From Nautiliaceae bacterium (GTDB lineage Bacteria > Campylobacterota > Campylobacteria > Campylobacterales > Nautiliaceae): a stretch of 64,000 nucleotides of DNA. Made by a program: the position numbers and the translations under genes. Positions 43,244 through 52,951 of the stretch are shown one piece after another. The DNA is taken from positions 29,318 to 93,317 of the forward strand of contig JBDONT010000008.1 of assembly GCA_039831155.1 (NCBI GenBank), read 5' to 3'. Position 1 is the first letter of the stretch, and each line of letters opens with the position of its first letter. A model generated the notes under the pieces. It was not told where the DNA came from, did no database searches, and was given only the letters and a program-made list of their open reading frames with translations.

Positions 43244-43984
43244 ATGAAAATAGCTTTAGCTCAGATAAGACCGAAATTAAGTCCCGATAATCTAAAAAAG
43301 CATATTGAATTTATAAAAAATAGTAGTGCAGATTTGGTTGTTTTTCCGGAACTCTCAATGAACGGTTATAAAATAAAAGACGCACTTTTAGAAGAAGCTT
43401 TTGAAGTGGGTTTTTTTAAAAAACTTAAGTTTGATAAAGACGTGGTTTTGGGTGCCGCTATAAAAGAGGATAAAAAAATCTTTAACGCAGCTCTTTATTT
43501 AAGCGAGGATATTTTTATCCATAAAAAAGTACATCTTCCCACATACGGGGTATTTGAAGAGGGTAGATTCTTTTTTGCTGGGGATGAATTTAAAGTTTTT
43601 GATACGAAATTCGGAAAAACGTGTATGTTTGTGTGTGAGGATGTTTTTAGTGGGGATACTATAAATTTCGTTTCCAAAGAAAAACCGGATTTAATTATAG
43701 TAATTGCGGCTTCTCCGGCAAGAGAGTTTAAAGAAAATTCACTCTTAATTGACGAACAGTGGAGTGCTCTTTTAAAATCTATGGCTATTTTAAGTGGGGC
43801 TTATGTGGCTTTTTGTAATAGAGTCGGATTTGAAGACGGTCTTGGTTTTTGGGGCGGAAGTAAGGTTATAAATCCAAAAGGAGAAGTTGAGATTAGTGCT
43901 TCTTATTTTGAAGAGGAGTTGGTTGAGTGCGAATTAAATCATCATTTAACGACTACTCAAAAATATTTTTTAAGGAAAAATTGA
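43244..43984 (+). CDS. Carbon-nitrogen hydrolase (nitrilase family)
   Basis: FPEL, KVHLP, VCED (E-K-C triad), NRVG.EDG..FWGGS. Confidence 0.9.
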   Translation: MKIALAQIRPKLSPDNLKKHIEFIKNSSADLVVFPELSMNGYKIKDALLEEAFEVGFFKKLKFDKDVVLGAAIKEDKKIFNAALYLSEDIFIHKKVHLPTYGVFEEGRFFFAGDEFKVFDTKFGKTCMFVCEDVFSGDTINFVSKEKPDLIIVIAASPAREFKENSLLIDEQWSALLKSMAILSGAYVAFCNRVGFEDGLGFWGGSKVINPKGEVEISASYFEEELVECELNHHLTTTQKYFLRKN

Positions 43985-44670
43985 TGATAGGTATTTTATG
44001 TGCTATGAGAGAAGAACTTGAGCCTATTTTAGAGTATATGGAGGTTAAAGAGAAGATAATTCACGCAAATAATGAGTATTATTTAGCTATTTTTGATGGG
44101 AAAGAGATAGTTTTGGCTTATAGTAAAATAGGAAAAGTTAATGCGGCACTTACAGCTACCGTAATGATTGAAAAGTTTAAAGTAAAAAAACTGCTTTTTA
44201 GTGGGGTAGCCGGGGGGATTGATGAGGATTTAAAAATAGGGGATTTGATTGTAGCTACCAAAACGACTCAACACGATGTCGATTTGACGGTTTTTGGATA
44301 CGAACCGGGGTTTATTCCGGAGAGTAAAGTTTTTTTTGAGTGTGATGAAGAGTTAAATAAGATAGCTTTTAATATCGCAAATAAACTTAACATAAAACTT
44401 AAAAAAGGTATAATAGCAAGTGGAGACCAGTTTATTCATTCAAAAGAGAAAAAAGAGTGGATAAAGAAAACTTTTAACTCCAGTGCCATTGAAATGGAAG
44501 GTGGGGCTGTAGGATGTGTATGTTGGAATGAAAAGGTGCCTTTTTTTATGTTGAGAGCTATAAGCGATACCGCCCAAGAGGGTGCCGGAGAGGATTTTGA
44601 TAAATTTTTAGAAGAATCCAGCAAAGTTAGTGCAAAATTTTTAATTGAAATGTTAAAGGAAATAAGATGA
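43984..44670 (+). CDS. mtnN: 5'-methylthioadenosine/S-adenosylhomocysteine nucleosidase
   Basis: AMREE, GKVNAA, SGDQF, EMEGGA, RAISD; start ATG 43984. Confidence 0.96.
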   Translation: MIGILCAMREELEPILEYMEVKEKIIHANNEYYLAIFDGKEIVLAYSKIGKVNAALTATVMIEKFKVKKLLFSGVAGGIDEDLKIGDLIVATKTTQHDVDLTVFGYEPGFIPESKVFFECDEELNKIAFNIANKLNIKLKKGIIASGDQFIHSKEKKEWIKKTFNSSAIEMEGGAVGCVCWNEKVPFFMLRAISDTAQEGAGEDFDKFLEESSKVSAKFLIEMLKEIR

Positions 44671-45839
44671 ATAAAAATAAATTAATTGTAATGGTTGTTA
44701 CGTTTGCCGTTTTGATAGCGTTAACTCCTTTGATTTTTTCAAAGCTTATGAATGCTAAATTAAACCAGATGATAGAGAATTATAAAAAAAAGGGATATAA
44801 AGTAGAGCTTTTATCTGATAAGAGTACATATCTTCAAACGGATAAAGTGTTTTTGGTTACTTTACCTAGTAAAGATTTAAAACCCCAAGGTGTTAAAGAC
44901 TTAACGCTGGTTGTTGAAACTGTTTTTAAAAATCTCCCTATTACGGATGTAAAATTTGATGTACGTGTTAAAAAAATAGATTTTATAGCACCAAATATGA
45001 ATTCTTTGGCTGAATTTGTCGAAAAAAATATTCACGCTAAGGTAATTACTCCTAATTTTAAAGTTTACGCTTATAAACTTGATGATATAAAAATTAAGAA
45101 TTCGTTTAAAGAAATGGGGCTAGAGAATATAAGAGGTACTTTTAAATCGGGTGAAGATATTACAAACTCTCTTTTAGTCTCTAGAATTTATACTAAAGAT
45201 AACGGATTTGAAATTTCTGTAAACAATTTTACTTATGAATTTAAAAAACATAAAGATTCTTCGAAGTCGGATTTAAGTTTTAATATGTTTATTAAAACTA
45301 TGTTTGGGGAGTATAAAATTACGAACGTTTACTTAAGCAATTTAGTCGAACTTAAAAAATTGGCTTTTATTTCCGCTAAATTGGGAGTTATGAGGGTGGA
45401 TAGCAAATCTATTAAATTAAATGATTTTAAAGTAGTTTTTTCTTTAAATGATATTCCTACCGAAATTTTAAAAGAGATAGCAATAAAATCGGATGATGAA
45501 ACGGTTGCTAAGATATTCGAACACGGATTTAAGTTTAAACTTACAAGTTCTTTGAAAGATGTCGTTTGGCAAAAGGATTTGGGAGGATATATTCTTGAAG
45601 TTGACGTAGACTCTTTAAAAACTCCTAACGCACTTGAAAAAATAAGAGCTAAGGATTACAGCTTTTTAAATGTTAAAATTAATATTATAGCTTCAAAGCC
45701 TTTATTTGGAATTTTGATAAGAATTGTTCCTAATTTGGCTCCGTTTGCACAGTTTGCAAAAGAACAAAACGGAAAAATGGTACTTGATTTGGAAATAAAA
45801 AAAGATAAACTTTATATTCAAGGAAAACCTGTTCAATGA
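44667..45839 (+). CDS. Membrane-anchored hypothetical protein, YdgA/DUF945-like
   Basis: N-terminal anchor, beta-rich body, C-terminal L.I.GKP. Confidence 0.5.
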   Translation: MNKNKLIVMVVTFAVLIALTPLIFSKLMNAKLNQMIENYKKKGYKVELLSDKSTYLQTDKVFLVTLPSKDLKPQGVKDLTLVVETVFKNLPITDVKFDVRVKKIDFIAPNMNSLAEFVEKNIHAKVITPNFKVYAYKLDDIKIKNSFKEMGLENIRGTFKSGEDITNSLLVSRIYTKDNGFEISVNNFTYEFKKHKDSSKSDLSFNMFIKTMFGEYKITNVYLSNLVELKKLAFISAKLGVMRVDSKSIKLNDFKVVFSLNDIPTEILKEIAIKSDDETVAKIFEHGFKFKLTSSLKDVVWQKDLGGYILEVDVDSLKTPNALEKIRAKDYSFLNVKINIIASKPLFGILIRIVPNLAPFAQFAKEQNGKMVLDLEIKKDKLYIQGKPVQ

Positions 45840-46615
45840 AAAACCCTATAAAAGATATCTTTTTTTCTAAAAAAGTAACTAAATTCGTAGGAAGGGTTCA
45901 AGGAGAGTATGAGCTTATAAAGCCTGGGGATAGGGTTTTAGTGGGGTTTAGTGGAGGAAAAGACAGTTTTGTGCTTTTGCACGTACTTAAAAGGATGCAG
46001 CTTATCGCTCCTTTTAAGTTTGAATTAGCGGCAATTACCATAGACCCGGGAGTTGGGATTGATTATTCTAATTTAAAAAAACACTGTGAAGAGTTTGGGA
46101 TAGATTATATTATTTATCAAACTCCTATTTTTGAAATTTTAGAAGAAAAAAAACGCCCCGGAAGCAGTGCTTGTGGATTTTGTGCCAGAATGAGGAGAGG
46201 GGCGTTGTATTCAAAGGCAAAAGAGCTCGGGTTTAATAAATTAGCTTTAGGTCACCATTTTGATGATGCCGTGGAGACGTTTTTTATGAGTATGTTTTAT
46301 AACGGAATGATGAAAAGTATGCCTCCTATTTATACTGCAAATACCGGAATAGAGGTTATTCGTCCTATGATTAAAGTAAGAGAAAAGTGGATTGAATATA
46401 TGGCTGAAAATAACAATTTTCCGATAATTGATGGAGAAGAGAGTTGTTTGGCTTTAAAAGATGCAGAAGGGGTAAAACAGCCTTTTGCAAGGGCTAAGAT
46501 TAAGAAGTGGCTAAGGGAAATGGAAGAAGATGAGCCGAAGCTTTTTCAAAGGTTAGAGAGTGCGTTTGAAAATATTGAGTGTCATACTTTTTTTATGAAG
46601 GAATATTTGAAATGA
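45836..46615 (+). CDS. ttcA: tRNA 2-thiocytidine biosynthesis protein TtcA
   Basis: SGGKDS PP-loop, CGFCARMRRG, GHHFDD, IRP. Confidence 0.9.
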   Translation: MKNPIKDIFFSKKVTKFVGRVQGEYELIKPGDRVLVGFSGGKDSFVLLHVLKRMQLIAPFKFELAAITIDPGVGIDYSNLKKHCEEFGIDYIIYQTPIFEILEEKKRPGSSACGFCARMRRGALYSKAKELGFNKLALGHHFDDAVETFFMSMFYNGMMKSMPPIYTANTGIEVIRPMIKVREKWIEYMAENNNFPIIDGEESCLALKDAEGVKQPFARAKIKKWLREMEEDEPKLFQRLESAFENIECHTFFMKEYLK

Positions 46616-48168
46616 TAGTTGATATAAAAAAAGCTAGTCAATGGGCAACTGAGAAGTTAAATAAAAATGTTTCTCCTCATAATATTTCATATTTAATAAA
46701 TTATGGAAGAATAAAAAAAATAGAAAAAGATAATAGAGTTTATGTTGATTTAGTTGAGCTTGAAGAGTATTATAATAATTTATATGCTTTAGAAAATGAA
46801 TATAAAAAAAAATATAAAGATATTGAATGGGAATTGAGTTTTGATTGGGTAAAAGAGAGTGAAAGGACAAAACACGTTCATAGACTTCATCCATATAAAG
46901 GTAAGTTTATTCCACAATTAGTGGAATATTTTTTAGACGAGCATATTGATAACTTAAAAAAAGAAGTCTATTTTAAAAAAGGTGATATTGTAATTGACCC
47001 ATTTTGTGGTAGTGGAACAACTTTAATTCAAGCAAATGAACTTGGCATTCATTCTATTGGAATTGATATTTCTCCGTTTAATGCTTTTATATCAAATGTA
47101 AAATTGATTGAGGTTGATTTTAGTAGGCTTGAAAAAGAAATAAATAAAATTATAAAAAAATTAGATGAATTCACAACTTCAAAGAATTATATTAATTTTG
47201 AAAATGAATTAAATGAAAAGTTAGTTAATTTTAATAATAAATTCTTTCCATCGCCAGAATTTAAAGTAAAAGTTAAAAATAAAGATATTAATGAAAAAGA
47301 ATATGGGGGAAATAAAGAAAGAGAATTTTTAAAAATTTATGAAGAATTGCTTAAAAAATATAATGTTACTTTAATAAATAATGGGGATACTTTTTTAGAT
47401 AAATGGTATATAAAAAGTATAAGAGAAGAGATTGATTTTGTTTTTAATTTAATTAAACAAGTTGAAGATGAGAATATAAAAAAAGTAGTGTCTTTGATTT
47501 TAAGCAGAACTATTAGAAGTTGTAGAGCTACAACCCATTCTGATTTAGCTACATTAAAAGAACCTCAATTAACTCCTTATTATTGTAAAAAACACGCTAA
47601 AATTTGTAAGCCTCTTTTTAGTTTAAAAGGTTGGTTTAATAGATATGCTAGAGATACAATAAAAAGATTAAAAGAATTTAATAAAGTAAGAACAGATGTT
47701 TTTAGTAAATGTTTTGTAGGAGATAGTAGGAATATAAATCTTTTTGAAAAAATTAAAGATAAGGAATTTTTAGAGTATTTTAAAACTAAAAAGGCAAAAG
47801 GAATTTTTACTTCTCCTCCATATGTAGGACTTATAAATTATCACGAACAGCACGAATATGCTTATGAACTTTTTGGATTTAAAAGACAAGACGAGTTAGA
47901 AATTGGTGCAATGTTTAATGGAACTAGTAAAAAGGCAAGGGAAGAATATGTAGTAGGAATTTCTGATGTATTGATTAATATGAAAAAATTTTTAAGTAGT
48001 GATTTTGATATTTTTATAGTTGCAAATGATAAATATAATTTATATCCTGAAATTGCAAAACGAGCAAGATTAAAAATTGTAAGAGAGTTTAAAAGACCTG
48101 TATTAAATAGAGTAGAAAAAGATAAAAATCCTTATGCTGAGAGTATTTTTCATATGAGAGGAGTATAA
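46612..48168 (+). CDS. Type II DNA methyltransferase, alpha-class N4-cytosine, with N-terminal HTH-like domain
   Basis: HRLHPYKGKFIPQL, DPFCGSGTT (motif I) preceding TSPPY (motif IV); ATG 46612 overlaps the ttcA stop. Confidence 0.9.
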   Translation: MIVDIKKASQWATEKLNKNVSPHNISYLINYGRIKKIEKDNRVYVDLVELEEYYNNLYALENEYKKKYKDIEWELSFDWVKESERTKHVHRLHPYKGKFIPQLVEYFLDEHIDNLKKEVYFKKGDIVIDPFCGSGTTLIQANELGIHSIGIDISPFNAFISNVKLIEVDFSRLEKEINKIIKKLDEFTTSKNYINFENELNEKLVNFNNKFFPSPEFKVKVKNKDINEKEYGGNKEREFLKIYEELLKKYNVTLINNGDTFLDKWYIKSIREEIDFVFNLIKQVEDENIKKVVSLILSRTIRSCRATTHSDLATLKEPQLTPYYCKKHAKICKPLFSLKGWFNRYARDTIKRLKEFNKVRTDVFSKCFVGDSRNINLFEKIKDKEFLEYFKTKKAKGIFTSPPYVGLINYHEQHEYAYELFGFKRQDELEIGAMFNGTSKKAREEYVVGISDVLINMKKFLSSDFDIFIVANDKYNLYPEIAKRARLKIVREFKRPVLNRVEKDKNPYAESIFHMRGV

Positions 48169-48169
48169 A

Positions 48170-49954
48170 ATGGATATGATAGTTCAGAGTTACTTAGACG
48201 ATTTTAAAAAAAGTTTTGGTTTTAATAACTTAAAAAATGATAAACTTTTTGAAAAATTTGTAAATTATATTTTAATTAATGATTTAATTCCATCTGGTGT
48301 TTCTCCTGAAGATTTAAGTGATAATGAAACAGGAACATATCAAGGTATAGATGGTATATTTTTTATAGTAAATGGTAGAATAATTAATTCTAAAGAGGAG
48401 TTAATAGAAATTGTAAATAAATTTTCTGAAAATGTTTTGAAAATAATATTTATCCAATCTAAAACAACTCCTAAATTTGAATTAAATGAAATTAGAAATT
48501 TTGGAAACATTGTCAAAGACTTTTTAGGTCATAATCCTAAATATTCATTAACAAGTGAAGCTAAGCAATTACATGAGATTTTTTTAGCAATTGTTAAATT
48601 TCATTCAAAATTTAAAGAAGTAGTTATTAATTTATATTTTGCTACAACAGGTTTATTAGAAGAAAATAAAGATAGAGATGTATTGTGTGATGAAATAACA
48701 GAAACTATAACAATATTAGGAATTAGTAAGCCTTTTGATAAAAATAATGTTTTTTTTAATTTAATTGATAAGCAAAAATTGTTAAGTTTATATGATAAAA
48801 CGAAATATTCAGAGGAGGTTGAAATTGAATTTAAGGATAAAACATCATTAGATGTTTCTAATCCAAATATAAAAGAAGCATATATCGGATGGTTGCCTTG
48901 GAATGAATATAAAAAAATATTAATAAATGAAAGAGGCGAAATACGAAATTTATTTTATGATAATGTGAGGGATTTTTTAGGGATAGAAGATAATGAAGTT
49001 AACAAAGAAATAAAAAGAACTATAGAAAATATTCCTGAAATGTTTCATTTATTAAATAATGGAGTTACTATTATAAGTGATAAAAATGAAAGAATGCAAG
49101 AAAAGTTTAGAATTTCTAATTTTCAAATTGTTAATGGTTGTCAAACTTCTAATGTTTTATATGAAATATATAAAGAAAAAGGGGATTTTGAAAATTTAAA
49201 AATTCCTGTTAGATTGATAATTACAGAAGATGAAGATATTAAAAATTCTATTATTATTGCTACTAATAGTCAAAATAAAATTCCTGAAGAACAATTAAGT
49301 GCATTAACATCTTTTCAAAAAGAATTAGAAAAATATTATGAAGCATTTTCTAAAAAAGCACCTTTTAAAATTTATTACGAAAGGAGAGCTAATCAGTATA
49401 ATAATTCTGATATTTTAAAAAAAGAAATTATAGATTTAAGAGAACAACTAAAATTATTTAGTTCTATATTTTTGGAAATTCCTCATATTGCAACATCTAC
49501 TTATAGTAAGGTCTATAGAGAAAATAAAAGAAAAATTTTTTTACCTAATCATAGATATGAACCTTATTTTTTTGGAGGAGTACTTGCATATTTTTTTAGG
49601 CATTTTCTTAATACTTCTAAAATTGATAGAAAATATAATAAGGCAAGATATCATTTGTTTTTAATGGTAAGATTGTTAATAGAGGAAGAAACATTTGAGT
49701 TTAATAAGATAAACTCTGAAAAATATATGAATAAATACTTTAAGAATTTTTTTGATAATATTTTGGATAAAGATAATTATGAGAATTATTTATTAAAATT
49801 GTTTAATAGAGCTATTTCAATTTTAGAAAATGGTTTTAAAGAAAAAGGTTTGGATTTAAATAATCAAAGAGAGTTTTATAAAAAAGATTCTTCAGAAATA
49901 GTTAAACAGGTAGTTTTTGAGTATAAAAGGGCAAAAGGAAAAATTCAAAAATGA
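48170..49954 (+). CDS. AIPR-family (abortive infection phage resistance) protein
   Basis: GIDG, QSK, FYDNVRDFLG, LNNGVTI, QIVNGCQT, ATNSQN, YERR..QY. Confidence 0.9.
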   Translation: MDMIVQSYLDDFKKSFGFNNLKNDKLFEKFVNYILINDLIPSGVSPEDLSDNETGTYQGIDGIFFIVNGRIINSKEELIEIVNKFSENVLKIIFIQSKTTPKFELNEIRNFGNIVKDFLGHNPKYSLTSEAKQLHEIFLAIVKFHSKFKEVVINLYFATTGLLEENKDRDVLCDEITETITILGISKPFDKNNVFFNLIDKQKLLSLYDKTKYSEEVEIEFKDKTSLDVSNPNIKEAYIGWLPWNEYKKILINERGEIRNLFYDNVRDFLGIEDNEVNKEIKRTIENIPEMFHLLNNGVTIISDKNERMQEKFRISNFQIVNGCQTSNVLYEIYKEKGDFENLKIPVRLIITEDEDIKNSIIIATNSQNKIPEEQLSALTSFQKELEKYYEAFSKKAPFKIYYERRANQYNNSDILKKEIIDLREQLKLFSSIFLEIPHIATSTYSKVYRENKRKIFLPNHRYEPYFFGGVLAYFFRHFLNTSKIDRKYNKARYHLFLMVRLLIEEETFEFNKINSEKYMNKYFKNFFDNILDKDNYENYLLKLFNRAISILENGFKEKGLDLNNQREFYKKDSSEIVKQVVFEYKRAKGKIQK

Positions 49955-50730
49955 ATCAATATGCTAAAATTAAAAATTTACTAAAAGAAGTTATTAAAAA
50001 AAAGTTTAAAGACTATGAAACTACAAAAGAACCAGCCTATATGCCATTTCACATAGCACTCCTTGGAAAAGATAAGTTAGCTTTGTATCAATTTATCCAC
50101 TCTCTTAATACAAATTTTGGAACTACTATTTTTGAACCGGTAGCAATAGAACTTGCGAAAAATAACTTTGATAAAGTTGATAGACAGCTTAAAATTGAAA
50201 CGGAAATTTCTGAGGAAACTTTAAAAGAAATTGATATAATTATTGATGAGTTGAATATTGCAAGTAAAAAACCAAATAAATCAGAGGAGATTGAAAGAAT
50301 AAAGAAAAAATTATTTATTGGAGAAAAAAGAAAAGTAAAGCTTACAAGAGTTGATTTGTATTGTCAAAGAGATAACAAAGCATATCTTTTTGACATAAAA
50401 ACTGCGAAACCTAATAAAGGCAGTTTTTTAGAGTTTAAAAGAACGCTTTTAAAATGGGCAGCAGCTATTTTGACTATAAATCCGAATTTGGATGTTTATA
50501 CTATTATTGCAATTCCGTATAACCCTTATTATCCAAAGCCTTATAGTCGTTGGACTATGGCAGGAATGCTTGATTTAGAAAATGAATTGTTAGTTGCAGA
50601 AGAGTTTTGGGACTTCTTAGGAGGAAATGGGAGTTATGATAAATTATTAAAAACTTTTGAGCAAGTTGGAACTGAAATGAGAGAAGAGATTGATGAGTTT
50701 TTTAAAAAATTTAATAAGGAAAATTCTTGA
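49951..50730 (+). CDS. TdeIII/MjaII-family type II restriction endonuclease
   Basis: MPFH..LLGKD..AL..FIHSLNT.FG..IFEPVA, VDL...DIKTAKPN, PYNPY.P..Y.RWT, EEFWDFLGG. Confidence 0.85.
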   Translation: MNQYAKIKNLLKEVIKKKFKDYETTKEPAYMPFHIALLGKDKLALYQFIHSLNTNFGTTIFEPVAIELAKNNFDKVDRQLKIETEISEETLKEIDIIIDELNIASKKPNKSEEIERIKKKLFIGEKRKVKLTRVDLYCQRDNKAYLFDIKTAKPNKGSFLEFKRTLLKWAAAILTINPNLDVYTIIAIPYNPYYPKPYSRWTMAGMLDLENELLVAEEFWDFLGGNGSYDKLLKTFEQVGTEMREEIDEFFKKFNKENS

Positions 50731-51749
50731 AAATATTGGTAGGAATTAGTGGGGGAGTTGACAGTGCAGTTAGTGTTTATCTGCTGAAAAAAGCCGGATA
50801 TGATGTAGTCGGGCTTTATATGAAAATGCACGGAGGCGTAAACCATAAAGAGAATTTAGAAAAAATAGAAAAGCTTTCGAAACTTTTGGGATTTGAGTAT
50901 TTTGTAGAGGATGTGGAAGAGGAGTTTAGAAAAGAAGTTTATGAATATTTTGTAAGAAGTTATCAAAATGGAATTACACCGAATCCTTGTGCTATGTGTA
51001 ATACTAAAATAAAATTCGGTGTTTTTATGAAATTTTTGGAAAAATACGATTGCGATAAAGTCGCAACGGGTCATTATGTAAGAAACGACGGAGAGTTTTT
51101 GTATGAAGCAAAAGATAAAAATAAAGACCAGAGCTATTTTCTTTTTGGAATAAAAAAAGAAGTTTTAACAAAAGTTTTGTTTCCGCTTGGAGAATATACA
51201 AAAGAAGAGATAAAAGAGATAGCTTCTAAAATTGGACTGGAAGAGTTTGCAAAACAAAAAGAGTCTCAAGATATATGTTTTATCGATACGACTTATATTG
51301 ATGTTTTAAGAAATCATTTTAATCCGGAAAAAAAAGGGAAGGTTTTAAATACTAAAGGTCAGAGGGTAGGAGTCCATAAAGGGTATTCTTTTTATACCAT
51401 CGGGCAGAGAAAAGGGTTTACTCTTTTTAAATCTCACAAACCTCAATATGTAGTGGGAATAGACGCTAAACACAATACTTTAATAGTCGGGGATAAGAAA
51501 GATTTACAAAAAACCCAGGTCTTTTTAAAAGGGGTTAATCTTTTTGTTGATAGCCGTTTATTTGAGTGTGAGGCAAAAATACGTTACCGTGCCCTTAAAG
51601 AGAGAGCTTTAGTGAAGATGGAGAGTAAAACAAAAGCAGTAGTTAGATTTAAAGTACCGGTAAGTGGAGTGGCAAAGGGGCAAGCATGTGTTTTTTATGA
51701 AGGTGAAAAGCTTCTTGGAGGAGGGTGGATTAGAGGAGCTAAAAGGTAG
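50727..51749 (+). CDS. mnmA: tRNA-specific 2-thiouridylase MnmA
   Basis: SGGVDS, TPNPCAMCN, ATGHY, KDQSYFL, SQDICF, YTIGQRKG, GQACV. Confidence 0.97.
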   Translation: MKILVGISGGVDSAVSVYLLKKAGYDVVGLYMKMHGGVNHKENLEKIEKLSKLLGFEYFVEDVEEEFRKEVYEYFVRSYQNGITPNPCAMCNTKIKFGVFMKFLEKYDCDKVATGHYVRNDGEFLYEAKDKNKDQSYFLFGIKKEVLTKVLFPLGEYTKEEIKEIASKIGLEEFAKQKESQDICFIDTTYIDVLRNHFNPEKKGKVLNTKGQRVGVHKGYSFYTIGQRKGFTLFKSHKPQYVVGIDAKHNTLIVGDKKDLQKTQVFLKGVNLFVDSRLFECEAKIRYRALKERALVKMESKTKAVVRFKVPVSGVAKGQACVFYEGEKLLGGGWIRGAKR

Positions 51750-51752
51750 CTT

Positions 51753-52727
51753 ATGAAGATAGAAATAGGAGAATCAATTGTATATAGTTGGTTAAAACAT
51801 GTTAAAAAATGTAAAATTGTTCAATTAAATTGGAAAGTTTCTGAAAGTTGGGATAATGAAGAGAATAGATGGAAAAAAATAAAAGTAATTTTTAAAAAAA
51901 TTAATCAAGAGTTTGATAATATTTTAGGAGATAATTTAGAGCAGTTAATAAAACAAGCTGAAATAGATGTGGTTGGAGTTAATGAAAAAGAAATTTATGG
52001 TGTGGATGTTGCCTTTCATATTAATGGGTTAAGATATTCAAATAATGTTAGAAACATAACAAAAAAGATGTTTAGAACATTACTGATATTTGAACTCTAT
52101 TTTTCATCTTATGAAAAAAATATATTTTTTGTTACTCCAAAAGTTACTCCTAAGGAATTAGAAAATATAAAATTAAGGTTAAATGAGATTAAATATTTTG
52201 TAGAAAAAGAAGATTTGAATATTTCATTTGAGTTTATATATAACTCCTCTTTTAAAGATAAAATTTTAAATGAACTTATAAAATTTTCAAATGATATAGC
52301 TGATACATCAGAATTGTTTTTGAGAAGTTATCAATTGTTGAATTTATTTGATAATGAAAAAAAAGATTTTGTAAATTATAAAAACAATAAAAGTCGGTAT
52401 GATTTAGAAGAAAACATAGAAAATGAAATAGAAAAAGTTAAAAGTAGAGTTCCAAGGTGGTTTAAGCATAAAGACCAAATTAATTCCAAAATTTTAATTA
52501 CTTTTTTGGAATTATCAGATTTAAACTCTAAAAGTATAAGTAAAGAATATTTAAAAGCCTATTTCAAAAAGAATTATCCAAATATAAATTTTGAGAAAAA
52601 TTATAATCAAATGAAAAATTTTGGGGAAAAGAATCATGCAAAAGTATTTGAAGAGGAAAAAAATTTTATTACTTTATGGAAACCTGTTTCTGCTTTTATT
52701 GTTGAGGAATATAAAAAATTAAAATGA
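51753..52727 (+). CDS. Uncharacterised putative PD-(D/E)xK-like nuclease with separate C-terminal domain
   Basis: Low GC; E.GE...YSWL.H, QAEIDVVG...GVDVAFH..GL.Y resembles a restriction-endonuclease-fold core. Confidence 0.5.
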   Translation: MKIEIGESIVYSWLKHVKKCKIVQLNWKVSESWDNEENRWKKIKVIFKKINQEFDNILGDNLEQLIKQAEIDVVGVNEKEIYGVDVAFHINGLRYSNNVRNITKKMFRTLLIFELYFSSYEKNIFFVTPKVTPKELENIKLRLNEIKYFVEKEDLNISFEFIYNSSFKDKILNELIKFSNDIADTSELFLRSYQLLNLFDNEKKDFVNYKNNKSRYDLEENIENEIEKVKSRVPRWFKHKDQINSKILITFLELSDLNSKSISKEYLKAYFKKNYPNINFEKNYNQMKNFGEKNHAKVFEEEKNFITLWKPVSAFIVEEYKKLK

Positions 52728-52752
52728 TATAATTAGAAAAAAAGGATTTTCA

Positions 52753-52799
52753 ATGTTACTAACAATTGAAGTTCAGAATGAAAAAGTTGAAGAATTTAT
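52753..52799 (+). pseudogene. 5' part of a small ORF interrupted by the IS200/IS605 element
   Basis: AAAGGA RBS, ATG 52753 MLLTIEVQNEKVEEF ending at the TTTAT insertion motif. Confidence 0.5.
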
Positions 52800-52886
52800 C
52801 CAATCCCAGCAAAGAATACTCCATCTAAATGCGAAGCATTAGGTGGAGATGAATTTGCTATTTGCGATAACAAATTATTAAAAAAC

Positions 52887-52914
52887 TTGACGAATTCAAT
52901 AATTTTGATACAAT
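52887..52914 (+). promoter_or_regulatory. Sigma70 promoter for tnpB inside the element
   Basis: TTGACG-16 nt-TACAAT with a TGn extended -10. Confidence 0.65.
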
Positions 52915-52951
52915 TTGTTTATTATAGATAACAAACAAAAGGCGGTATATA

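Noticed and set aside
52839-52862. Frame reading LGGDEFAI, resembling a diguanylate cyclase GGDEF remnant
   Set aside because: These bases are the 3' arm of the IS left-end hairpin (TAGGTGGAG, repeated at the right end); no other GGDEF-domain sequence surrounds them
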